NCBI GenBank assembly: GCA_964016885.1
Contig: OZ024746.1
Location: 75,950,001-76,014,000, forward strand
Reading direction: 5' to 3'
DNA length: 64,000 nt
Source: Eledone cirrhosa
Taxonomy: Eukaryota
In this document: in pieces, positions 27,551-39,340 of the stretch
Position numbering within the stretch: position 1 is the first letter of the stretch
Layout of the letters: every line of letters begins with the position of its first letter
Made by a program: the position numbers and the translations under genes
The notes under the pieces: generated by a model
Databases searched by the model: none
Told to the model about the DNA's origin: nothing
Seen by the model: the letters and a program-made list of their open reading frames with translations, nothing else

Positions 27551-30500
27551 TATATAATTTTTTTTATATAGAATAAATTAATTAGTATGCACTGTGGGCT
27601 GTTGTTACATATTGTCTATACATAATGTTACATATTGTTTATACATAAACTGTCTTAATGTATACGAAGTAAACAAATATTTGTGGCTAATGGTTGAACA
27701 ACCTTGGTATTCATTGCATACAATTCAGAATGCTAAATGATACACAGTTACATGTTGTGAGTAAAAATGTTAATTAGTTGTTAATGATATACAGCAAAGG
27801 AACATTTATCATTGTAGCTTATATCTTGATCTTTGGTAGCATGTAGAATTTATTTACTATATCGATTGTTCTCTTGGGGGAAAAATTAACTAATCTTTGA
27901 TAAAAAATGATTTAACACTTTCATTACCATATTTCTAATGATAATTTTGAAAATAATCAAGAATTTGGACATGTAACTAACATTCGCATTGTTAAGCTGG
28001 TGTTTAGTGGGTGTTTCGTGGGCTGAGTCATTAGAGCATTGGAGAAGTCTGTGCAGTATTTGTTCCAGCACTTTATGCTCTGTGTTCAAATCACACCAAG
28101 GTCAACTTTGCCTTTCATCTTTCCGGGGTCGATATAATAAAGTTCTAGTCAAATTACTGGCCTTGAGCTTAAATTAAAAATCATTATTAAGCTGGTGTTT
28201 GGAAGATAACTTAACAAAGGTTCTTACATAGAATTATGATGAAATGTTTTAAATCAATATAGACACATTAAGATAAACAACTTTACATCATAGAAGAATG
28301 GGCAGTTTCAGGCAGTTTGGTATCAAAAGTGTAAAATTTGTTTTGTTTAATGAGTTAGTAAGAAGAGGAAGGCCAAGACCCATGCTTTTTTACATGTCCT
28401 TCCAGACTACTGTGATAGATATGGTTGATGGTTTAACTCTTTTGTTACTGTATTTCTAATGGAATACACTACCTATGTGTTTCAACTAATTCTGAAAATC
28501 ATAAATAATTTGTAGGAATTTAAAATAATTAACCGTTTCATTGTTAAGCTGATATTTGAAACATTAATAAAAACAATTTGACAGAAGATTTTAATTTAAA
28601 TATATTTTAAAATAGGGAGTTTTGTATCGTAAAACCAGAGTGGTTTGAGGTAGTTTAGTATTAAAAGAGTTAACCTATTTAATTTTATGTTTTAAACCCT
28701 TTGCTGTAACATGGCTTAAATGACTACATAGAAGCCCCTTTAATAGCTTGTTAATCAAGTGGTTGTTTTAGGCACGTCTTCATGACCTTTGCAATGCCGG
28801 AAATGAGAATGATAGTTCAGTTATTGGCAGAAAAGCTGTCCTTTTTTGGAATAGGATGTGCTGATGAGTGAGTCCATAAATTGGTACCAATTCCTGTGGT
28901 GAGAGAAGGAACAAAGAGCTGGGTGAGGATTTGTATGAGAATTTAATGTATGGATATGAAAATGTCAATTTACAATTTATTATTTTACTGCTTTCAGTCA
29001 TTAGACTACAATAATGGTGGAACACAGCTTTGATTTAGTCAATCATATTGCATCAGGTTAGGCTTCTGCCTGCTACTGGTATCATGTAACCCAGTACAAC
29101 CTGCTTTATGATCATGTGGTCAGCCCCCCCTGATCAGGGTCTGGTGAGGAGTATAAGTGGAACCCTAGCAACGCAAAAAACAAGTCATCAGCCTTCCATT
29201 CCCCAGCTATAGGTTAAATAGCCTCACCAACCCGCGATTGGCCAGGCGTGGTAAGTACTGCTACACCCATGATATTACCAAAACCAAACAGAAACTGGTG
29301 GAGGTCAACGATGGAGGGGTTCCCCCAACAAGAGTGAGAAAGCTCTGGATTGGATTGGATTAACCACAGTACTTATTTTATCTAACACAGACATGCATAC
29401 ACAAATACACATACATAGATACAGAGTGAGAGATAGGTAAATATATGCACATCTATATATCCCAATTTTTAGAATAGGTACACCATATCTCTGTGTGTCA
29501 TAAAAAGTGACTAAATGGCTTGGCATCAGCAATGGCATCTGATTGTAAAACATTGCTTCAAAACATTCCATCCAGCCCATGCCAGCATGGAAAAGTGTAT
29601 GTAAAAATGATGATGATGGCAATATATATATGATGCATTTCTGTAATTTCTATCTACTTAATTACAATCACAAGGCACAGGTCAACCTGAGACCATAGTA
29701 GAAGACACTTGTTCAAGGTGCTGAGCAGTAAGACTGAACCCAGAACCATGCCTTTGTTGGGTCTTATAGAACAGTTTATAAAACTTCTGAAATCATTTAG
29801 TAGTTTTTGGTCCAGCCTGTATATGAACTAATAACTGAAGGAAGAAAGAAAGAAAGGATGGGATGATTAATATCTTAGAAATATTGTAATTTATTTATAG
29901 AGAGAATATATTAATATGTTTTTTATTTGTTTTTATAAAGAAAATAGTTTAACAAGAATACGAAGCAATGTCTTAACATGGATTAATGCAAGGAGTTGAC
30001 TTGTTGGGGAGAAAACTTTTAAAAACATATTTATTTCCTATTTTATGACTCAGCACAAAATACCAAAATAACTTTTTCCTGTATATTTCCTATATATATA
30101 TATATTCATTTTTCATTTCATTTCATTTTTACGTCCACTTTTCCCTGCTTGCAAGGGTGGGACGGGAACTGATTCTGGGAACTGATATATATATATATAT
30201 ATTTATATTATGTGTGTGTTTTCCTATCTATCTATCTATCTTTATATATATATATTTTTCTCCCTATAAATATATATATATAATCATTATCATTGCTTTT
30301 ACATCTTTTCCATGCTTTCATGGAGTAGACAAGGTCTCTCTAGTACAGTATCTCTCCACTTGTTTCTCTCCTTTCTTTGCCATCCTCTTTGTGAGGTGTA
30401 GTTTCTTGAGGTCAGCTTTCACCAGCTCTGTCCATATCTTTCTTGGTCTTCCTCTTCCTCAGCTTCTTTCCACTTAGAACCTCTGGCATTTCTTCCCCCA

Positions 30501-30563
30501 GTAATCATCACCCATATAGATTACATATCTGTAACAGCGCCACCTTCTCTCCTGCACACAATA

Positions 30564-30601
<38 letters not shown>

Positions 30602-30609
30602 TTATCATC

Positions 30610-31575
30610 GTCATCACCATTTTATGTCTGCTTTTCCATGCTTGAATAGATTGGACGGATTCTTTCTAGCACATCATCTATCTGATTGTCTCAGTCCTTT
30701 GTCATCTCCTCTGTGGGATTCAGTGATTTGAGATCAGCTCTGAGAACTTCTGGGTTCTTCCTTGGTCTCTTCCTACTGCAGTTCCCTTTCACTGGGATTT
30801 TTTGGCACTTTTTCACCAAATGTTCATCATTCATGTGCATTGCATGTTCACTTAAGTACAATCATCTCTACTGCACACTACATCTAATTCTCCTTTATCC
30901 AGCCCCTCTCTCAGCTCATCTATGCTTTGCCTTTCAGGTATATTAACATTGCACTTCCATCACTGCATGCTTTCTTCATTTCTCTTTAGCCTTCACATAT
31001 CCTCCATGTTCACTGCACATGACTCATTATCATGCAACATCCCACTTTGTACACACACATCATACAGCCAGCTTTTCTATTGTAGAGAGAAACTTTTTGT
31101 TGTCAACAGAGGAAGTAGCTTTCTGAACCTTTTCCATCCCATCTTATTCTAGCTACTATGCTCTGAGTGCAGGCTCCTCCTGTTCCAATTTTATCACCTA
31201 GGTAGCAGAAGCTATCAATCACTTCTATGGTCTTTTGTTTCCAAAGATGGAATTTCTTCTTTAGCTTTTTTCACAAGTTGTCAGTATACAGAAGTTTCTA
31301 ATGGCAACCTGCTTTAAACTCATCTGTTACAGCCTGCAGAACTATAATAAACAGGAGTAGGCTGAGAATGGAGCACTACTCTCACAAGCCATTCTTCTAC
31401 ACCTAGTTTTCTTAAGGACCATCAGATGACAGATTGGGATACTCTGTCAAAATCCTTCTGTAGATCAACAAAAACTAAATATAGTGGTTTATTCTTGACT
31501 GGCAACTTCTCTTGTATTTGTCTCACTAGGCAGAGGGCATCTGTAGTACTTCTCATGGCCCAAAACCGAACTGCA
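30610..31575 (-). pseudogene. Decayed RTE LINE, same family, internally deleted
   Basis: Minus strand reads STTDALCLVRQIQEK...YLVFVDLQKDFDRV and FCYLGD. Other 3' ends lie at 30290-30560(-) and about 14960-15180(-). Confidence 0.8.
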
Positions 31576-31670
31576 TATAAATATATATATATAACAAAGA
31601 AAGTGTGGTAAGAAACCAGGTGAACCATAATGCACCAGAGTACTTGATACTTAGGGTAGTAGAGTGGGTA

Positions 31671-31795
31671 ATAGGAAAAGAGTCAAGACCCCGACAACTG
31701 AGCTCTGGTCGTTTTGACAGTTAGATCCGAACTGTTTGGATCTAGCTGTCAAAACGGCCGGAGCTCAGTCATCGGGGTCCTGACTCTTTTCCTAT
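31671..31795. repeat. 125-bp palindrome centred on 31733
   Basis: 62-bp arms with 7 mismatches, TA at both ends. A single related arm lies at about 31975-32025. Confidence 0.93.
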
Positions 31796-31820
31796 AGATA
31801 TATATATCTTTATTTTTATA

Positions 31821-31870
31821 GCAGGCTGAATGTATTGGGGTGCATAACCCAACGAAACTGAAGTACCTGT
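31821..31870 (+). ncRNA. Hammerhead-like motif with altered core
   Basis: Plus strand reads GCAGG CUGAAUGU A UUGGG GUGCAUAA CCCAA C GAAAC UGAA GUA^CCUGU. All three stems are present, but CUGANGA is altered and the stem II base is A-C. Confidence 0.55.
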
Positions 31871-32018
31871 ATATGTCACTGTTGTAACTAATTATACTCA
31901 ACTTTTCCTATGAACTGAGTGTGGTTGGATATTTCTGCCAAACTTTTACTACTGTATGTGTATAGTCCAGAAATAGCCGTCGAAACGACTAGAGGTCTGC
32001 CATCGGGGTCTTGAACAT

Positions 32019-32107
<89 letters not shown>

Positions 32108-32218
32108 TATATACATACATACATACATACATACATACATACATACATACATACATACATACATAGTGAAATAAAATAACAAAGACGATTGGTTACTCCT
32201 TCATTACGTTCATTGGTT

Positions 32219-32303
32219 GGTGACGTGCGTTTCACCACTGATCAGCTCAAGGTTCGATCTGTATCGATCTGATCCGACTCTGTAATCCACAGCTCATCAG
32301 ACC
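32219..32303 (-). ncRNA. Degenerate hammerhead motif with long, branched stem II
   Basis: Minus strand reads GGU CUGAUGA G...(~60 nt with internal hairpins)...U GAAAC GCAC GUC^ACC. The core and GUC site are intact, stem I is only 3 bp, and the stem II base is mostly G-U. It lies between (TACA)n and (TA)n tracts. Confidence 0.5.
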
Positions 32304-32363
32304 CCTTGTAATGGTAATGGAAAAACCCGGGTGAACCTACAGTAACTCCAAGTTTCACTCCCT

Positions 32364-32407
<44 letters not shown>

Positions 32408-33789
32408 ATCATCATCATCATCATCTTCATCATCATCATCCGTCTTCCCCGCTAGCATGGGTTTGGACGGGAATTTTCCCACCTGAGGCAAGAGTGGTTG
32501 TCTTGCTTGTATAGGACTGTCTGGCAGGTTTTCTACGGCTGGATGCCCTTCCTAACACCAACCACGTTTACAGTGTGGAACTGGGAGGTTTTTACCGTGT
32601 TACCTACACGGCCACATTACAGCGTGGACTGTGTGTTTTTTTGTTGTTACACCTACACGCCCTCATTTGTTTCGGACTGGATGCTGTGGTACCAACATAA
32701 CTTTACATTGGAAGGGGTGGTGTGGATGGGGTGGGGGTAGTGGGGTGTATTTTTGTTAGAGGTGCCTACTGACTGTAGGTTTCGCTTTGTACTTAGGCAA
32801 GGCGGGTCTTCTGTATTACTGTGTATACATATGTAATGATTGTTTGTTCCTTGCAGAGCTTGACCTCTTCTTGTACCTGTAATTGCTCTTTCCTAGCATG
32901 AGATCTTAAATGACTTTTGAGCCCTGAAAAGTGTTTCAACATCTGACTGTAAATACTGCATTGGCTCCATTTTCTGCTTGTTTATTATGAATGTTAAAAT
33001 GCTGCTTCAATCCTTCACATGACTTGCAGGTTTCTTTGACAAACATGGCATTGAAACTGGTCATCCAATCCTCCTCCTTCTTCTTTTGTCCTCCTTCCCA
33101 TCCTCCTCCTTGCCACTGTACTCCAGAAATCAATGCAGCATTCTACAGCCACAATTGACATTCTATATAGATATACAAATGTCATGGCTTTAAAGTGTCT
33201 GTTGTAACAGACTTGAACTATTTCTCACTTATTGATTTAGAGTTTAGGTCAGTAGTTTATAGATCACACCTTAATATTGGGATTTAGGAACAGCAACAAA
33301 TAAATAAATAAAATACAACAAATTTACCTTCTTTCATTGTCTTGATCATTATTGTCATCATCATCATTGTCATTATCACCATCACCATTATCATCACCAC
33401 CATCATCTTCAACACCACCACCACACTCACCACCATCTTCAAATCACCATCATTATCATTATCATCATTATCATCATCATCATTATCATCATCATCATTA
33501 TCATCATCATCATTGTCATCGTTATCATTGTCACCACCACCACCATCACCAACATCTTCAACATCACCACCATCATCACCCTCACCCCATCATCATCATC
33601 ACTATTACCACCATCACAATTTTACATTTGCTCTTTCAGTCTGGTATGGGTTGGATGAGTCTTTTTTAGTCACCGTTTTAGAGCAACATGCTCTGACTGT
33701 TGCTAACAATAAATTCTTTAATTATTAATTTAATTTGATAATTTAAAACCAACAACAACAAACTGACAAAAATGTTGTTAGAATAGACA

Positions 33790-34056
33790 TTTTATTCTTG
33801 TGTTATGGAAATGTGATGTGCATGGATGATGATTGATGGGTGAAGAAGTGCCAGGAAATGTCAGTAAAGGGAAGCTACAGTAGAAGTAGACCGAGAAAGA
33901 CCTGGGCAGAAGTCATGAGAGCTAATCTCAAATTACTGAAACTCACAGAGGAAATGACGAAAAACTGCGGCAAGTGGAGAGATGCTGTGCTGAGAAGCAC
34001 ACAGCCAACCCATGCAAGCATGGAAAAACGGTTGTAAAAATGATGATGATGATGAT
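33790..34056 (+). mobile_element. RTE LINE 3' end
   Basis: RSRPRKTWAEV motif followed by cccatgcaagcatgg and (TGA)n. Confidence 0.85.
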
Positions 34057-36408
34057 ATTATTATATAGGGCAGTGGACTAGCAGTGTTAATAGGGCATCA
34101 GACAACATGCTTTGCAGTATATAGTTATGTACCTTTATGTTCTGAGTTCAAATTTTACTCAGGCTAACTTTGCCTTTCATCCTTACGGGGGTCAATAAAA
34201 TAAAGTACAAGTAATGCACTGGGGCCGGTTTAATCGAATTTTCCCTTCCCTCAAAATTGTTGGCCTTGTGCCTAAATCAGAGACTATTAAGTAGAAGCGC
34301 TTTTGTTGGCTATTATTTTCTTTTGTTGTTGTTGTTGTCTGTTTAGTGATTGCAACAGTCTCTTTGATTTGCTAAAGAACAAACATCACATGCAGTCAGT
34401 CTGAGTACATAGAGTGTCTCTGTTGACATGGGACTAGTTTTACATGCAGGAAGCCTGCTGACATTTCTTTTGTATCTTGAAAGCAGTTATGTGTAAACAC
34501 AATGTTCATGGTAGAGAGTGGAGGTTGAGCTAGGGGTGGGGCTAGAGATTAATCATCACAAATTCCCCACATAGGTCACATTGAACCTGTCCCAGTGTTA
34601 CTGTGTATAACACTTCCGTTACCATATTTCTATGATTTTCAAATTATTTTGAAAAAAAAATGAAGCATTTGAAAGGGTTTAGTAATACAACTAATTTTCT
34701 TGTCATTAAGCTAGTATTTGAAATATAACTTAACTTTTAACATCCTGTAATGATTTAACAGAAAATATCTAAAAATTGGTTTGTTAATTCAAATTGTTAT
34801 AGTATCTTTACTAGTAAATAGGTCATTGTGAAAATGTGCATTATTAGACTAAAAACTTTCATTCTTAATGTAATGCAGGCATAATGCTTTTTTTGTACTT
34901 TTCAATAATATCTTGCTAATGTGGTTTCATGCAGTACATGACATTAAAAGTCAATGAAGGTTCTTACATAAAATGTTGATGGAATGCTTTTAGATAAATA
35001 TAAACACTTTAAAATAAATAGCTTTGTATTGTATGTAGAACTAGGGCCAATTTGGTATCAACAGGGTTAATAAAAATTTTGGCAATTCTTCATCTGTAAT
35101 ATTAAATTAGAATTCTGAATTAGTGAAGGGAGAAACTTATGAATTGTTACTTATAATTTTGAGATGTTGGTAAGGTAGCTGAGAAAAGATGATAGAGTAT
35201 TCATCAGAAATATTTTAATAAAAGGGTTAAAAATAGAATATATAATAAACACCCACAAAACAAACATTAACTTTTCAGTGAGTCCTGTAGAAATGATATC
35301 TCTATTTCAAAAAAGGTGTATTGAAAGTTATGTTTTGGAGGATCATGTTACCTATAAAAACATAAGCACAAGTTGACTGTCACATCAATTTTATTATTGG
35401 TAGCATGACCCTCCTAAAGTATAACAATATCTGTTTCAACACATGATTTCACAATGAGATTCTTGCAAAAACAAATACAAAAATTAAGTGTATTTAAAGT
35501 ATTTAGCTACAGCGTCTGTGAATGAAAGCAGCATATCTCATGTGGAACAAAACGGTATCTAGACTCATCTAACATTCCAAGCTTCAAGTCTTGCATAATA
35601 TTTCTTGATATCAATAGCATCTATAAGAGGAAACCCATGTTTATAATGCCTAAGTATAGGTGTTGATAATGTTATCTTGGAGACTATAACAATGGCATGC
35701 ATTGTATGAATGCAAGTCATGCCTAAGATATATGAATGTATGCAAATAAATCTTTTAATATAAATCTTTCATTTTTATGAAACAGCTGGAAAGAAGGTAC
35801 ATACATAATATATGTAACTTATTTCAATTACTGTATAATATTCATATATAAGTTACACCTCCATTTTACTAACAGCATTTACAATATATGGGTTTTAAGG
35901 CCATTTTCCTGGTTGAAAACTGCTATCCTACTTTTTACATTGTACTATATTTTTCCCATTTTATATTTTGTTCCATGTTTTTTCCTTGTTTGTCATACTT
36001 CTCTTTGATGGCTATTTCATTGTCACAGATGCTATGAAGTAAACAGTTCTATTGTTTAAAGGTTCAAAACTGTGTCTGAACCTTGTATAATAGCTGATGA
36101 TAAAAAATGTACTTAACTGTCTCCTTTTTTACATTGTCTGATGGTAAATTTTTTTGCCATACATGTTGATATCACCAAAGTGATGCAGATAAATTTCTCA
36201 CACCTTACTTCTATCATCATAATCATTATCATCCTTCTGGTTTCCATTTTGGCATAGGTTGAATTCTGAAGATATCGTTAATATTGTGCCTTGAAACCAT
36301 AGGTTGTGCTTTTGTTCTGTGTATGAACATAAATAAATAATATAATATTTCTGCTCTCTTCCCGATTGAACACAGTTTTCCTTTTTTTTTTTCACACCTA
36401 CAGATATT

Positions 36409-36589
<181 letters not shown>

Positions 36590-36590
36590 T

Positions 36591-36677
<87 letters not shown>

Positions 36678-36751
36678 ATTTATATATATATATTTATATA
36701 TATATTTATACAAAACATAAGTCAATTGCATGAACTCATAATCCTTTATTT

Positions 36752-36809
36752 ACTGCTATATATATATTTCGATGATAGCCATTGAATGGCTATGACCTCA
36801 TCAGGCAGT
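36752..36809 (-). ncRNA. Minimal type-I hammerhead ribozyme motif (Penelope-like)
   Basis: Minus strand reads ACUGC CUGAUGA GGUCAUAGCCA UUCAA UGGCUAUCAUC GAAA UAUAUAUA UA^GCAGU. It has a 5-bp stem I, an intact core, a palindromic short stem III, and AAUAAA immediately downstream. Confidence 0.85.
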
Positions 36810-36898
36810 TAGTCATTTCTTAGATATGCCAGCTCTGTGTTTATAGTGTTGATGGTATCAAAGCCTTGGGACATATATGTCCCAAGGCTCTGATACCA

Positions 36899-37467
36899 GG
36901 GGTTGCAGTCAGGTGAGCTGGGAGGCCAGATGTCAGGTGAAGTGTGGTCGATGAAGTTCTCTGACAGCCAGGCTTGGGTCTTTCGGCTGGTATGGCAGGG
37001 CGCTGAGTCTTGCTGCCACATGTACGGCCTACCTGCAGCTACCTGGTCGATCCAGGGCTTTACTACCTCACTCAGAACGCGGATGTAGCCATCGGTGTTC
37101 AGCTTGAGGCCCTCAGGGAAGAAGTGAGGTGGCATGACGTCACCTTGACTGCTGACGACACCTAAGACCAATGTTGTCGCTGGAAACTTTGTCTGCATGA
37201 CTCTGGGCACGTCTTTGGATGAGACACCATTCTCCTGCTGACGCTGAGAAAGTCTGAAATTTCCTTTTTTGTCCTTCCGGCGTGGTTTCCAAGAAGAACT
37301 CCGTGTCTCTTCCACAAATTTGGAGGTTCAAAATTATTCATAATCAATTATTCTGAAAATAAATAATGGAAATATAGTCACTGTTTTTATGAAGCCAAGA
37401 GTGACAACGGAAGTAAAAAAAATTTGCATAAAATTAGCAGTTGAAAATTGCAAACAAATATCGTCCA

Positions 37468-37474
<7 letters not shown>
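36899..37474 (-). pseudogene. Internally deleted Tc1/mariner transposase fragment, maT (DD37D)-like
   Basis: WQQDSAPCH...WPPSSPDCNP; the spacing places the third catalytic residue 37 aa after the QQD aspartate. One terminus (cagaatgtggacg) abuts (TA)n, and the other end is replaced by a palindrome and hammerhead. Confidence 0.82.
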
Positions 37475-37520
<46 letters not shown>

Positions 37521-37548
37521 AATGGCACAGTACAATGAAGATTATATA

Positions 37549-38060
37549 CTGTATATACTCAAATAATAGTTGATCTCATGTAAAAGTTGACCCCTATTTT
37601 TTGCAAAAAATTTAGAATTTTCCATAGACCTCATATAAAAGTTGGCCTTATTATTTCATGGATAGCTGATCAACATTTGTGGGTCAAGTATTATGGCAGG
37701 TAGTGGCACACCAATAGATATATTGCCCATGGTAATATACAGTAATTATGTGATATAAATTGATTGCACTAATCTAGTCTGTTAAGTTTGATGGATACAA
37801 GTAAAAGTGCAAGTGTAAATATTTATAAGAGCTCAGTGGCTTTATTTATTTATAGATTTTCTTATTTACTAGGGCATGTGTTTTGATGTGTAGAATCGAT
37901 AATATTACTGTAATTCATTGTGTTTTTGTTTATATTCATTTAGAGAACAGTTGGGCATCTGCTACTTTGAATTCTAGCTTGAATTTCAATGTAATTGACT
38001 CCATAAATTTTAACTTGAAAAAATGATAAATAAATTTGACTTTTACACAAGTACATACGG
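37549..38060. mobile_element. pogo/Tc2-like MITE
   Basis: TA flanks with imperfect TIRs ctgtatatactc / aagtacatacgg. Confidence 0.6.
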
Positions 38061-38603
38061 TATATCATCATCATCACAATTTTACGTCCGTTCTTCCACG
38101 CTAGCATGGGTTAGACGGGTTGTCCTGTTGTCGGCAGTGTCTGGTCGGCTGACCATGCCTTGCTCATACAGGAACTGATTTTGGCTTGATTTCTACAGCT
38201 GGATGCCCTTCCTAACACCAACATCATTACAGTGAGTGCTGTATATATATATATATGCTATATATATATACATGTATATCATCATGATCATCATCATCAT
38301 TTAACGTCTATCTTCCACGCTAGCATGGGTTTAGACGGGAATTGACCCACTTGAGGCAAGATTGGTTGTCTTGCTCGTATAGGACTGTCTGGCAGGTTTT
38401 CTACGGCTGGATGCCCTTCCTAACACCAAGCGTGTATATATATATATATTTAGTGTATTGGTGTGTAATGTATAGTTACTGTTGGTTCACCAGTTTGAGC
38501 ATTCAATGCTAATATGTATCTGGCTGCTGATCTAGTATTCTCGGTTTTCTACGTTTGGTATTTCACCATAGTCAGTATCTTTAAGAGACAGAGTATTAAT
38601 AAT

Positions 38604-38770
38604 TGTTTCTACTTTTGGCACCAGGCCAGCAATTACCCAGTACATTACTGGTACTTTATTTTATCGACCCCGTAAGGATGAAAGGCAAAGTTAACCTCGG
38701 CGGGATTTGAACTCACACCATAAAGCATGGCGTCCGACCCTCTACCGATACTACCAATTCACCGCCTTTC
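38604..38770 (-). mobile_element. SINE family A with internal deletion
   Basis: 16-bp TSD acagagtattaataat at 38588-38603 and 38771-38786. Confidence 0.88.
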
Positions 38771-38974
38771 ACAGAGTATTAATAATGATATTAATAATTG
38801 TTTCTACTTTTGGCACAAGGCCAGCAATTACCCAGTGCATTACTAGCGCTTTATTTTATCGACCCCGTAAAGATGAAAGACAAAGTTATCCTCAGCGGGA
38901 TAAGGAGTAGGAATGAAGTATCAATATAACATCATTATGTTTATTCATATGTGATGTGTATTTCGCAATTGATC

Positions 38975-39039
38975 AGTGATGTGTATTTCGCAATTGGTAG
39001 TGATTGCGTCTGACTTTGGAATTGATAGCTCATCAGACT
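38975..39039 (-). ncRNA. Hammerhead ribozyme motif, partly decayed
   Basis: Minus strand reads AGU CUGAUGA GC...AAUUGC GAAA UACACA UC^ACU. The 3' half (gtgatgtgtatttcgcaattg on +) is tandemly duplicated. AAUAAA follows (tttatt at 38940-38945). Confidence 0.65.
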
Positions 39040-39103
39040 TATATATATATATATATATATACGATATTAATAAATGGAAACTATATTTATAAAACCATAT
39101 TTA

Positions 39104-39164
39104 TTTCATTATACATATTTCAGGGATACCAAATTAAATTATGGTATGCCTTCATCAGACAAAA
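39104..39164 (-). ncRNA. Minimal type-I hammerhead ribozyme motif
   Basis: Minus strand reads UUUUGU CUGAUGA AGGCAUACCA-loop-UGGUAUCCCU GAAA UAUGUA UA^AUGAAA. Stem I is 6 bp with two G-U pairs and the core is intact. AAUAAA overlaps the 3' end. Confidence 0.8.
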
Positions 39165-39272
39165 TACAATATATAACAGTTTTACAAATAAGCTTTGACG
39201 TACCCTTTTAAAATGCAACCATTATTTTTGGAAGCCAACAATTTGTATCCCAACAATTTTAAATAGAACTTT

Positions 39273-39340
<68 letters not shown>

